Source: Octopus bimaculoides
Taxonomy: Eukaryota
DNA length: 64,000 bases
Direction: 5' to 3'
Assembly (NCBI RefSeq): GCF_001194135.2
Contig: NC_068984.1
Coordinates: 57,352,642 to 57,416,641 of the forward strand
Positions 1-11,270 of the stretch are shown here, piece by piece. The position numbers were made by a program, and so were the translations under genes. The notes below the pieces were generated by a model. The model was not told the DNA's origin. It saw only the letters and a program-made list of their open reading frames with translations, and made no database searches. Within the stretch, counting starts at the first letter, position 1. Each line of letters begins with the position of its first letter.

Positions 1-484
1 TCAACACCACCTAATATGTGGTACCATCGTTCTTCCTGTAAACATCTCACTGTTACACATCTACTAAACTATACTCAGTTGCTTTACTTGTAGTTGTCTT
101 CTAGTATTCTAGTTATAGTCTTGTTTCATTTTATTTATATCACTTGTTACTATGACCGAATGCACTAATACTCACAATCTATGTAAACTGATAGAGCTGT
201 CAAATGAGTTATAAGGAAATACCACTGCTATTTTGCCACTTATCTTGAAAAATGAAGAGGATTAATTGAAAGGAAAAAAAATCTATTTGTTATCTCTCAC
301 ATGTCACAATGTTATTGTGTAACATTGAAAAAACACTATCTTCCATTGTCTGATGATCTACTTCACTGTAGAAGCAATAAACATGTGGATTACATGCCAG
401 TTGTTGATGTTAAGTGCTACAACACAAGTCAGTTGGTTTATATAGGAATAGTAGTTACAGACTATGAAGGGCATTTTTTTACAG

Positions 485-586
485 CTCACAACTGTTATTG
501 AAGATATTTTTACAATGGATTCTGATATCATTGCTGATTGGAAAGGTCCTCTTCATGATCCTGACCGTATCAAATTATGTAGGATG
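485..586 (+). CDS. Candidate internal coding exon (34 codons, phase 0/0) of an unidentified host gene: LTTVIEDIFTMDSDIIADWKGPLHDPDRIKLCRM
   Basis: Acceptor TTTTTTTACAG ends at 484 and donor ATG|GTAGGT starts at 587 (alternative donor GTAG|GTAACT at 591). The 102-nt frame is open with protein-like composition in unique, non-repetitive sequence. Protein not recognised. Confidence 0.65.
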
Positions 587-2216
587 GTAGGTAACTGTGC
601 ACAGCTACTCATTTCACTAATCATGTCTTACACAAAATGGTTATATAGAATTTGTTTTGGTTTTTTTTTCACATTTTCCCACACATGCCTTAACATACCT
701 GCAGCTTTAGCACTTCCTGCTTTCAATTTTACCCGAGTCCTTTAACTGCCTTTTTTCTATTGAGACATTGTTGAGAGCCAAATTTGATACTTTACAAAAC
801 ATGTTTAATAGTTCATAGTTTTAAGTTCAATTTTGCCTTTCGCCCTTCCAAATTCAATATTAGTAGTAGTAATATACTGTAGGTGATTCAATCAACCATA
901 TATCTCTCAACAAAAAAGGAAAAAAAAAAAAAAGATTTTTCATGAAAAGATAAATATATTCAGAACATTATTATGCCAATTTCTCACCTTTTTTATAGAG
1001 ATTCATGTAAAGTTCTTTTATAGAATCTCTTTATTTTTCTTTGTTCCTTCCGTTTAAACTGGATCATCTGAAAAATATGTTTTTAAGTCAGTTGTACTAT
1101 GTTTATTTATTCATATCAATGCAGATATTACAATTTTGTCACAATCATCATATTGTATTGAGGTCAGTTGATTAGTAGAATAATTAGTGTTGGAAGAAAT
1201 GCTTTGCATATTTGTTCGGAATTTTCATGTCCTGAATGCAAATTTCACTGAGTTCAACTTTACCTTTCACCCTTTCGTAGTCAATGAAGTAAATATCAGT
1301 CAAGTATTGGAGTCAATGTAATCAATACCCTCTCATCAAAATTGCCGGCCTTGTGCCTAAATTAGAAACTATTATTAAAAGTAACAAACTGACACTTCAA
1401 ATCCTATGGAGGTCATCTTTGCCTTGCCTCCTTTCCATATCAATAAAATAAAGTACCAGTCAGGAACTGAGGTTCATGTAATTGACTTCCCTTCTCTTCA
1501 AAATTGCTGGCTTTGTACTATAATAATAATAACAATAACATTCTCACCATCATCATTATTTATTATCATCATTATTATTAGTAGTAGTAGTAGGGAATCC
1601 ATTCATTGTTAATAATGTGAGAGTATCTAGGACAAAAAAAAAAATCATGTGTCTTAACTACAGTTTGAATTTTCTTGGATAACTAGTAATATGAACATAC
1701 TGCAGACAATATTAATTAACAGGGATCATATAATGATTTACCGAAGTCTCCTCACCCCATTCTGTGGATCATTCATCTTCATCTTAAGTAAATAAAATAA
1801 AAACTTAATTTTTATTGTCTTTTCTTTTTCCAGTTGATAGTTTGAACGTAAAGTTGATTTGTTTTTATATATGAATACCTATATACCATTTAAATAACTT
1901 TTTTTATTTACATAAATAATAATAATAATCTATAAATAACTAAATAATTCTCATATTCAGTATATTGATTAAATTGTTATTTTCACTAGTAATTTCTTAC
2001 TTTGGGTGTATGTAAAAATGTCAAGTGGTGGGGGTGAATTTGATTGCACCCATCCTTAAAGCTAGATATTTTTATTGCTTTACTTCATTAGTTTTTGTGA
2101 TGTGTATTTAGATAATTTATTTTTATTACTTTCATTTAGTCAAAATAATTTTTAATGTAACTTGTATATCAATTTCTCTAAAACATATATAAAAGTGATT
2201 TCGTCTTTTACGTTCT

Positions 2217-2254
<38 letters not shown>

Positions 2255-2512
2255 CTGTCTGTCTGTCTTTCATATGCATTACTTCCACATTACAGATAAA
2301 ATTTATATATACTACATAAATATCAATTTTCTAATCAAATTAGGTCAACCACTGCCTTTTTCCTTAATCAGTTTCCCAGGCAGCTACTGTTATTTCATCT
2401 CTTCCTTCTCCCCCTCACACTTCTCTTATCCCTGCTCTTTTCTTTTCTCCTCTCTCTTCACTTTCTGGTTTTGCTGCATTCTTGACATTGAAAAACAATA
2501 TAATGCTGACAG

Positions 2513-2521
2513 AGTGAATGG
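2513..2521 (+). CDS. Candidate 9-nt microexon AGTGAATGG (Ser-Glu-Trp in phase 0)
   Basis: Long pyrimidine tract at about 2395-2470, then an AG-free zone with TGC motifs (ttgctgca..., taatgctgacAG) and a consensus donor G|GTGAGT. Length is a multiple of 3 and phase 0 matches the flanking candidate exons. Confidence 0.55.
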
Positions 2522-2734
2522 GTGAGTGAGATAGTATTGCAGAGAAGCTGGTCAGAGGTGTGTTCATTGCTCTTTCTCCCCCCCCCCTCTCTCCTGGATT
2601 TATCAGGAGAGACATTGGGCCTTCTTTCTATGCCTGTTGCATTTCCTTAGTTAATCAAAAAATTCCTTTGTCTATTAGTGTGCCTTATTTTCATTATAGT
2701 TCAGTCACTTCATCATTATCATTATCTTGATTTT

Positions 2735-2948
2735 GTCAGACCTTCATAGCATACCAGGCAAAATGTTTAGCAGTATTTTGCCCGTTGCTATGTTCTGAGA
2801 TCAAATTCTGCCGAGGTCAACTTTGCCTTTCATCCTTTTGGAGTTGATAAATTAAGTACTAATGAAACACTGGGGTCAATGTAATCGAATAGGACCCTCC
2901 TGCAAAATTTCAGGCCTTGTACCTTTAGTAGAAAGGATTATTATTATT
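2735..2948 (+). mobile_element. (TTA)n-tailed SINE of about 210 bp. Further copies: about 1172-1378, 1395-1530, 3480-3670(-), 9350-9510, 9925-10030, 31850-31945, 42125-42325, 55770-56125, 58600-58960
   Basis: Recurrent motif gttctgagttcaaattctgccgaggtcaactttgcctttcatcc...gataaaataagtacca...ggggtcaatgtaat...ggccttgtgcc...attattatt. Confidence 0.85.
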
Positions 2949-3300
2949 CCTTTGTAACACAATGTAGGTAAAAATGCACTGGAGTCTTTAGTCATCTCAG
3001 TCACAACAAGGACCTCAGACAGATAATACTTTCCTTAAGATGTGCACTGTGTCCAATAAGGCTGCTTTTTGCAAGACATCAATCTTGCATGGGATTTCCA
3101 GTTGCCTTGAGAAGTCTTGAAGTTTCAATGGAATTGAGCCCAATGCGCTGATCACCACTGGTATCACTTTTACATTACCTTCTCGCATTTCATACAATCT
3201 TGCCATCATTACCACTTTCAATTCAGAGTACTTGGTGATTTTTTCAACCTCTTTTCTCACAACATTCATGTCATTTGGTTTGGCTACATCAATGATTTGT
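2937..3300 (-). mobile_element. 3' end of an R4/Dong-like non-LTR retrotransposon (restriction-like endonuclease C-terminus) with (AAT)n tail
   Basis: Translation IIDVAKPNDMNVVRKEVEKITKYSEL...VKVIPVVISALGSIP...LQKAALLDTVHILRKVLSV* matches the typical RLE C-terminus. Short 3'UTR, then AAT repeats at 2937-2948. Confidence 0.85.
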
Positions 3301-3945
3301 ATTATCATCATCATCATCATCATTATTATTATTATTATTATCGTCATCATCGTCATCACCATCATCATCATTATTATTATTTGTCTTGGTTTAGCTTTAA
3401 TTCATATGAGTTACACCCAAGTCTCAACCTGAGATGTTATGGGGCAACAAGATTTTGCATCTGGTGGCGGCGGTGGTCCTTTGTACTAAAGGCACAAGAT
3501 CTGAAATTTTGGGTGAAGGGGCTAGTCAATTACAATGACCCCAGTGTTTCTCTGGTACTTAGTTTATCGACCTTGGCAGAATTTGAACTCAGGATGTAGT
3601 AACAAGCAAAATACTGCTAAGCATTTATTTTGTCCAGCAGGCTAGCAATTCTGCCAGCTCACTGCCTTAGTAATGGAACTCTAGTGTCATTGTGACATAA
3701 GTACAAGTTAAAAGAGTTTTGTTTACATAGATCTGCATGTGTCCAAGTGTTTAAATGTGTATGTATGATTTTGTCATAATAATGTATAAGAGTGTCAATG
3801 TTTAAGACAATATCCATTTGTAGACAACAGTTTAAGAATGTATAAAAAAATAACCAGGATTTATTTTAGTAGAAACTGAACTGTGTGCCTCTAGTCAGGG
3901 AGGAAAGGGCAGCTCCCCACCAACTTTTTTTTACTATTTACTCAG

Positions 3946-4000
3946 GGAAGGAAAGGACAACATACATCATTTGTTTTTCCTTTCTTGACTGCTGAGACCG
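3946..4000 (+). CDS. Candidate internal coding exon (55 nt, phase 0 to 1): GRKGQHTSFVFPFLTAET+G
   Basis: Acceptor ttttttttactatttactCAG ends at 3945 and donor CG|GTACGT starts at 4001. Open in phase 0 and continues the frame of 485-586. Confidence 0.55.
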
Positions 4001-4752
4001 GTACGTGGGAAAGGAAGCATTTACACACAAACTGGAGATATCACCTGAATGCTTACAGCGGAGTGAACTCCATCAAAGTTACCTGGGAGCCAGATCAGCG
4101 ATCTCAGAACAAAATAAGCCAAAACGAACTATGCAAGGCATTTTGCCCTACATTCAAATAATTCTGCTAAATCACCAACCTAGATTTTAGTTAATTTTTT
4201 AGTTGTTCATTGATTGGTTTCAAACATCCAGCTGTGACACTTCTGGGGAAACACACACACACACAGAGTGAGAGAGAAAAAGAGCAGTTATGTAATTGAA
4301 GAGTCGAAAATTCACTGAAAATACAGTTACATTCACTTTCAATTTATTTTTTTGCTAGTATTATCTATATATATAAAAATATACTATAAATGTCAATAAT
4401 ATATCATCATATGATCTAGTCTCTAACATTATTCTATCTCTTTGTGTGTATATTTATAGCTTGTGTGTATGTGTGATTGTAATATAAATATGCATTTTCA
4501 TCTAATAAAGAATATAACATACTTTATTTCTTGAAGTAGTGAGTACTTTCTATCTGTAAACTTTGTACTTAGGAACAAACACATAGGAATGTGCATGTGT
4601 TTAATGGGATTTTATACATACATACGTATATAAATTATTAAAATTTAAATAATAAGGGTGATAAATTAGATATTAATTTAATTAACACCAATTTAAAACC
4701 AGTGGCCTAGCATAAAGAAAATTCTGAAAATTCAGAAAAATTATATTACATA

Positions 4753-5357
4753 TATATGAGATAGGGATGACCACTAAGTGGACATCTATTATACTAGAGA
4801 TTGACCCTCTACGGTCAAACCACAAAAGAAAAGAATGTTCTCTAGGGAAATTTAGCACACACCAGAACATGAACGGGCAAGACAAATGAAAATATACAAA
4901 ACAAAGAATTAATTGTAGACCAAGTTTCGCACATTAATGAATTAATGTAATTTTTTACTTACATAACCCATCCTAGGCTCATTAGTACAACCGTTCAATT
5001 CAATATAATTTGGGACTTTTGAAAATAACCCCAATGTAATCGGTAGAACTGTACACATATCTAATTTTATGTGGACAATTCGTGTATTGTTCTGCAAATT
5101 ATATTGAATTGAACGGTCATACTGATGAGCCTCGGATGGGTTGTGTAAGTAAAAAATTACATTAATTCAATAATGTGCAAAACCTGGTCTATGATTAATT
5201 TTTTATTTTGTATATTTTCATTTGTCTTGCCCGTTCATGTTCTGGTGTGTGCTGAATTTCCCTAGAGAACATTCTTTTTTTTTTTTGTGGTTTGACCGTA
5301 GATGGTCTATCTCTAGTATAATGGATGTCCACTTAGTGGTCATCCCTTCTCATATGT
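4753..5357. mobile_element. Fold-back/MITE-like element: inverted arms of about 260 bp (4753-5012 and 5095-5357) around an 82-bp spacer
   Basis: gggatgaccactaagtggac at 4764 is mirrored by gtccacttagtggtcatccc ending at 5346. The ORFs at 4682-4885(-) and 5222-5467(+) share the same N-terminal translation because of this symmetry. Confidence 0.9.
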
Positions 5358-5620
5358 ACATACATATATATATAAATACATATTCTTTTGTTCTTTTCTT
5401 TTACTCTTTTACTTGTTTCAGTCATTTGACTGTGTCCATGCTGGAGCACCACCTTGAAAGGTTTTAGTCGAACAGATCAACCCCAGGACTTATTTTTTTA
5501 AAGTCTAGTACTTATTGTATCAGTCTCTTTTGCTGAACCATCATGTTATGAGAATATAAACACACCAACACTGGTTGTCAGAGGGTGATAGGGTGATAAA
5601 CACAGATACAAACACACACA

Positions 5621-5623
<3 letters not shown>

Positions 5624-5688
<65 letters not shown>

Positions 5689-5970
5689 NNNNNNNNNNNN
5701 NNNNNNNNNNNNNNNNNNNNNNNNNNNNNNNNNNNNNNNNNNNNNNNNNNNNNNNNNNNNNNNNNNNNNNNNNNNNNNNNNNNNNNNNNNNNNNNNNNNN
5801 NNNNNNNNNNNNNNNNNNNNNNNNNNNNNNNNNNNNNNNNNNNNNNNNNNNNNNNNNNNNNNNNNNNNNNNNNNNNNNNNNNNNNNNNNNNNNNNNNNNN
5901 NNNNNNNNNNNNNNNNNNNNNNNNNNNNNNNNNNNNNNNNNNNNNNNNTATATATATATATATATATATA
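5624..5970. repeat. (TA)n/(CA)n microsatellite spanning an assembly gap; representative of many SSRs, e.g. (ATC/ATT)n 3301-3378, (TAGA)n about 32840-32875, (AAT)n(AAC)n about 45905-45980, (CA)n/(TA)n about 41636-41740
   Basis: Directly visible simple repeats. Confidence 0.95.
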
Positions 5971-7087
5971 TCCATCCATCCAATTTTTGCATCTGAAGAT
6001 CATGAGGAGGAGTAGCATGCCCTCAAGTAGTTATGTGAATTGATCCTTGATGCTGCAGAGCATTTTTTTTCTTGTCAGTGCTTAATAGTTTTAAATTGAG
6101 GGTCAGTTCACATAATCCAATTCTATTCTATTGACTTGCAGATCTGATTACAGTGACTCTATTGGCTAAAATGACTAGTGACCAGCAAACTGTAGGTTTT
6201 ACATTGGCATGGCCTTATTTTAGGTAAATTGCCTTACAAGGCTAGAGATCTCAGCTCTACCTACCCTCAAGTTACTGGAAGGGTGTCAAAGAGGGCATTG
6301 GATCATCTGAAGGATTCCACTCTTTGATTTATTGTTGAGTGACTTCCTTAGCCTTTTACCTTCCCAGGGCACTCACATGATATAGTAAGGACAGACATTC
6401 CATTATATATACAAGTATATGTATATATAATGCAATTTTTTTATTTATTTTAATTGTTGTTAGTCCTGGTAGACCAAACTTATAATCAAAGTCGTTTTTA
6501 TCCCATGTTTCTGCATAGCCAAAAGTTTACTTCCTTTTTCTTGATGATAGAATGTGATTTGAAGAACGTTTGACTTCTATTTCCAGTGAGTAAAACTATC
6601 ATCTTTTGGTTTGCTTATTGTGTTGGACTTGATTTTATTTTAATGATGGACAAAGCAGGATTGAACAAAAAATGACTGAATCAATATTTTTATTATTTCT
6701 TTTAATAATGCTTAAAAAAATTAGGTACATGAATTGTATGTTTAAGTGAGTATTATTTTCACTGCCATGTTTAGTTCATGTACTTTCACAAAACTTGATG
6801 TTAAAATATTTGAACAGAGAGTTGTGTGTCTACATACATATTTATGTGTGGATGGATAGAAACAAAGGGAATAAAAATGAGAGCTAGTATGAGAAACACT
6901 TATTTCCAAATAGTGCATAGTTTAGTTCCTTCTAAAAAGATTTTTGTTGTTTTTAGCTCCCTTGGTATGTAACCCCATCAAGACCAGTTGTTATGGAATT
7001 TGGTGTCAAAGGTGATGGAGATGGTACGTTTGTCTACAAACAGATATTGTTTTACACAAACACTCTCTTACAAACTCTCTTGCACAT

Positions 7088-7765
7088 AAAATAATAATAA
7101 TAATGAAATTATTGTGTACAGTGCTCAGGTGCACTACAACTCATCAAAGGTTCATGTACAATACATAGAATTATGTTCAAAAGTCAGGAAAGTAAACAGT
7201 GTACGAGTCATGATATACATGTGTGCATGTATATGGAGGGGGTGGGGTATCAATTGTAGTGTTGGCAAATTTCAGGAAGGATGGAGGTTTTAAAGGATGC
7301 AATGTCTTGGCAACTAACAACTGATGCAGGTAGTTTGTTCCATGCTTCAGCAACTCTGAGTGAAAAACTGTGTACCATCATGTGACAGAACTGAAAGAAG
7401 AGTGAAAGCTGGTGCAGAAGAAAGTACCCACCGTGTTGAGAAGTAGGTATGTAACACCATCAAGACCAGGAGAGGCATAGTTGTGCTTATTCTTAAGGTG
7501 ACGTCACAGCATTGCAGGTGTAAATTCCATAGTTGTTATGGAATTTGGTGTCAAAGGTAATAGAGATGGTACATTTTGGTTTTCGACAGTAAAAATGCTT
7601 GCATAGCATTCAGCAATGAGTTTTGTGCATTCTTTGGGATCATCAGTAATCTGGCTTGTGTGGGGATTACGAAGAGGACCAACTGGAGAGAGAAGCCTCT
7701 GCTTTGAACATACATATTTCCAGAATACCTTACTGTCCGGGTTGGTTGCTCAACACTCTCCTGCA
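7088..7765 (-). mobile_element. Internally deleted CR1-like LINE remnant, with a short deleted duplicate at about 6965-7030
   Basis: Minus strand reads SPVGPLRNPHTSQITDDPKECTKLIAECYASIFTVE...SPGLDGV (pre-RT region) joined directly to FFTQRVAEAWNKLPASVVSCQDIASFK (ORF2 C-terminus), then a 3'UTR and (TTA)n tail. Confidence 0.8.
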
Positions 7766-7777
7766 CACACGCACTTG

Positions 7778-7814
<37 letters not shown>

Positions 7815-8647
7815 GAAAATAAACAATGAAATGGTCTTGCATTCAGTTTCAATTTCTGTTAGTAACAAGCTCTAAGGTAGTAATTCTCAATCTTTGTGAT
7901 GCACTAGAGATCAAATGAAAATTGCTGACACATTTCACACGAAATGCTTAAAGCAAAAAGTGTCATTTAAAAGTTAAATATTCAAAAAGAAAATATATGG
8001 TAAATTATTGTTTTCTTCTTTTCACTAATTATACTTGTGTATGACAAAATTATGAATAGCATCTTTTGCAAGATGCTCAAGCATTAGCATGGATTTTCTA
8101 AAGCTTAAATTCATCATCATCATTATTATTGCCCTATTAATATCCACTTTTCCATACCCACATGGATCAGACAATGTTTATAGAGGTAGATTTTCTATGA
8201 CCTGATTCCCTTCCTGTTGCCAACCCTTACCTGTTTCTAAACAAGGTAATAGTTCCCCTGTGGCCAGACATATTTTCTTGGAATATTAGAAATGAATGAC
8301 AGTCACTGACAACAATCCACAAATATGCTCACACTCACACACATACATAAATATATAGCAGTTTTAAAAATTGCAGCACACCTAATTGAAAACCCCAATA
8401 AGTACTTTTTCCTATTTGTGTTTTAACCCGATATATTCCAATATTGATATAAGTGTGGCCAATTGACAGGGTTGTTAAAGCATCAGATAATTGCTTTGCA
8501 TTAATTGTTCTGGCTCTATCTTTCTCTCTCTGCCTTGAACTCAAATCCTGTTGCGGTAAACTTTGCATTTTGTCCTTTAAGGATTGATTCTTCCCTTTCT
8601 CTCTTTCTTTTAGTTTATCTGTTTTTCTCTCTTCTGGACAAAATCAG

Positions 8648-8730
8648 TTGTGGTCAGACCTGGTGTGGAGAGGGAAACCAAGACAACTCTACATCACTTT
8701 AGTGTCCTTGGAATTCCAACAAGGAGTTGA
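8648..8730 (+). CDS. Candidate alternative terminal exon; in phase 1 reads (V)VVRPGVERETKTTLHHFSVLGIPTRS*
   Basis: Long pyrimidine tract at about 8590-8635 and CAG ending at 8647. GC-richer unique sequence. The frame is ambiguous: phase 0 gives LWSDLVWRGKPRQ..., and a second AG lies at 8612-8613. Confidence 0.35.
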
Positions 8731-10198
8731 GGGCCCAAAGCAAGACATAAGTACTTGCTTTGAATTCTTACATATCCTGAGGAGTGCTTTAGAAAAGATT
8801 TTATGCTTTTCCTTTCAAGAGCAGCAGTTATTTTAGTATTGATTATTTAATTAATGTTGGTTAAGGGCTTTTCACAAATAAATTGGATTGAAATTTATTA
8901 AATTGCATATTATATGTTTTTTATGTGTGTTAGTACAAAGGTCCACCATTTTGTTCATAAGGAATCAGGGAATTTCATAATGATACTTTGTAAAATATAT
9001 AAAGTAGAAAATTAATGACTAATAGTAATATTCCTGTATATGATGTTCATTGTCTTTTCTCCACTCCCTTATATGGTCATTGTTGTCATCATCAATTTCA
9101 TTTGACATGCTTTTCTCAGTCTTAATTTTCTCATCCCACATTGCTAAATCATATTCAGTAATTTGACTAGAATTAAGTTTATTGGTTCCAACTTTCCTAT
9201 AGTTTGATTATTATTGTTTTACTTACTATCCACTCATCTACTAGTACTATGTAAGCAAAGTCTTCAGGATTTACCCTCATATATTTCAAAACTTATCTTA
9301 CTCATAAAACAGTATTTTTATATACTTTTCAGATAGACCTGTAAATATTACAGTTTAATAGAATGAGTTTCTGAGTTCAAATCCTGCTAAGGCTGACTTT
9401 GTCTTTCATTCTTTGGAGTTGATAAAATAAGTGGCAGCCAAGTACTAGGGTCAATATGATTGGCTTTTCCTTCTCCTAAATTTTGTAGCCATTATCAGAA
9501 ATCAATAATATGAATTACTAATTACCACTTGTACAACATAATTATTATTTGAATTGAAGTTTATAAAATGTTTGCTGTATGATCCACTGAAGCTTCCAAA
9601 GTTATTACAGCAATGAGTCATTCTCAGATTTAACTACTCAAATAATGGGTTCAACTAACAAGTTATAGCAGATATCATATTAGTTTTAGTCTGAAGGAAA
9701 TGGTGTGTGACATAATTGGGTAAAATTTTCAAGTAGTTATCAATTGAAATAAGACAGACCTTTTTTTATGATTATGAATTTTCCATCTGTATCTTTATGG
9801 TAGCATTTAGTTTCAGACTGTTCTATATACAAGCTGCTATGTTCAATCTAAACTGCTCCAAATAATTAGCTTAGGGATTGGTTGCTTTTTAAATGTATGA
9901 GTACATGTGTGTGTTCAATATTATTAGATAGGTGGCAAATTGACAGAGTATTCAGAACACAGGACAAAATATTTTGTGATATTTGTTGTAGTTTTCTGTA
10001 CTCTGAGTTTAAATATCACCAAGACTTTACTTTTTATCTTTTTGGAGTACTAGTCCACGGTGATAGATTGGAAAACTTTTCAGAGCAGCAGGTGAGATAC
10101 CTTGTGGTATTTGTTTCAGCTCTTTGTCTTCCGATGTCTTGGATGTTAGACTTAAGCCACTGCCTGGGTTAATACATCACCTAGTACTCCTTTAATGT

Positions 10199-10581
10199 GG
10201 AGGTACAATGGCCCAGTGGTTAGGGCAGCGGACTCGCAGTCATAGGATTGCACTTTTGATCCCCAGACCGGGCGTTGTGAGTGTTTATTGAGCGAAAACA
10301 CCTAAAGTTCCACGAGGCTCCGGCAGGGGATGGTGGCAAACCCTGCTGTATTCTTTCACCACAACTTTCTCTCACTCTTACTTCCTGTTTCTGTTGTGCC
10401 TGTAATTCAAAGGGTCAGCCTTGTCACACTGTGTCACGCTGAATATCCCCGAGAACTACGTTAAGGGTACATGTGTCTGTGGAGTGCTCAGCCACTTGCA
10501 CATTAATTTCACAAGCAGGATGTTCCGTTGATCGGATCAACTGGAACCCTCGACATCGTAAGCGACGGAGCACCAACAACA
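10199..10581 (+). mobile_element. Full-length tRNA-derived SINE (about 385 bp) with 13-bp TSD
   Basis: A-box TGGCCCAGTGG at 10209, degenerate B-box and (CAA)n tail. TSD actcc(t/c)ttaatgt at 10186-10198 and 10582-10594. Homologous to 57632-58020. Confidence 0.9.
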
Positions 10582-11227
10582 ACTCCCTTAATGTATTCAA
10601 TGGAGTTCACTTTGTTGCAAATATTTGGGCCAAGTCAGTTTGAGAATAACTTTTCTTCCTGTCTTGAAGGCCCTGAGAAAAAAATATAGGCTCATGAATA
10701 CTGCCTTTCATTACCAATGCAGAAGCATGTAGAAAGAAATAATTTTCATTCTTGCTTTCTATAAATGTATCTAGTAAAAGTTCTTTTGACCTAGAGTGCA
10801 CTTATTGATTAAGATAAGGGTCTGTAAACTCATCATACTTAATATGCATGGTTTTAAGTAGTGTATGTATAACTACAGATGAGTTTCCTAGTTATCCTAA
10901 AGTTATTTCTCCATTTTCATTACTTTCTAAACAATTTTATTTTCCTACACCTACAAGTGTCCAGTCTTGTATGTTTACTTACTGATTCTTTCTTTCATCC
11001 CTATTTTAGCAAGTATTACTAAATATATTTTGCTGATGACTCAAAGTTAGATGAAACATGTCCAAGACTTCTCTTCTATACTTTTGGACAAAATGAAAAT
11101 AGCATTAAATTTTTTTTTTTTTTTTCTCATATTTATTTCTAGTTCATCTTTTTATGCTCCTTGCTCTGAGTAACATTAACAACTTAGAGCAGTTAGCCTA
11201 TTCAAGCTGTCTCAGAACAAGACAGAG

Positions 11228-11270
<43 letters not shown>

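Noticed and set aside
372-427. Possible upstream exon (SNKHVDYMPVVDVKCYNT or AINMWITCQLLMLSATTQ)
   Set aside because: Would need a 57-nt intron with a weak GTCAGT donor, and the more protein-like frame is out of phase with exon 485.
5541-6018. Long ORFs here and around 18350-18856, 30013-30706, 35994-36313, 39037-39777 and 55191-55760
   Set aside because: They stay open only because they run through N-gaps and dinucleotide microsatellites.
6957-6970. 8-nt exon-like ttttAG|CTCCCTTG|GTATGT
   Set aside because: The donor is part of the duplicated CR1 fragment and the length is not frame-preserving.
10199-10275. tRNA-like sequence with A/B boxes (also at about 57945-58020 and 40261)
   Set aside because: These are SINE heads continuing into repeat bodies with TSDs; no complete cloverleaf or acceptor stem.
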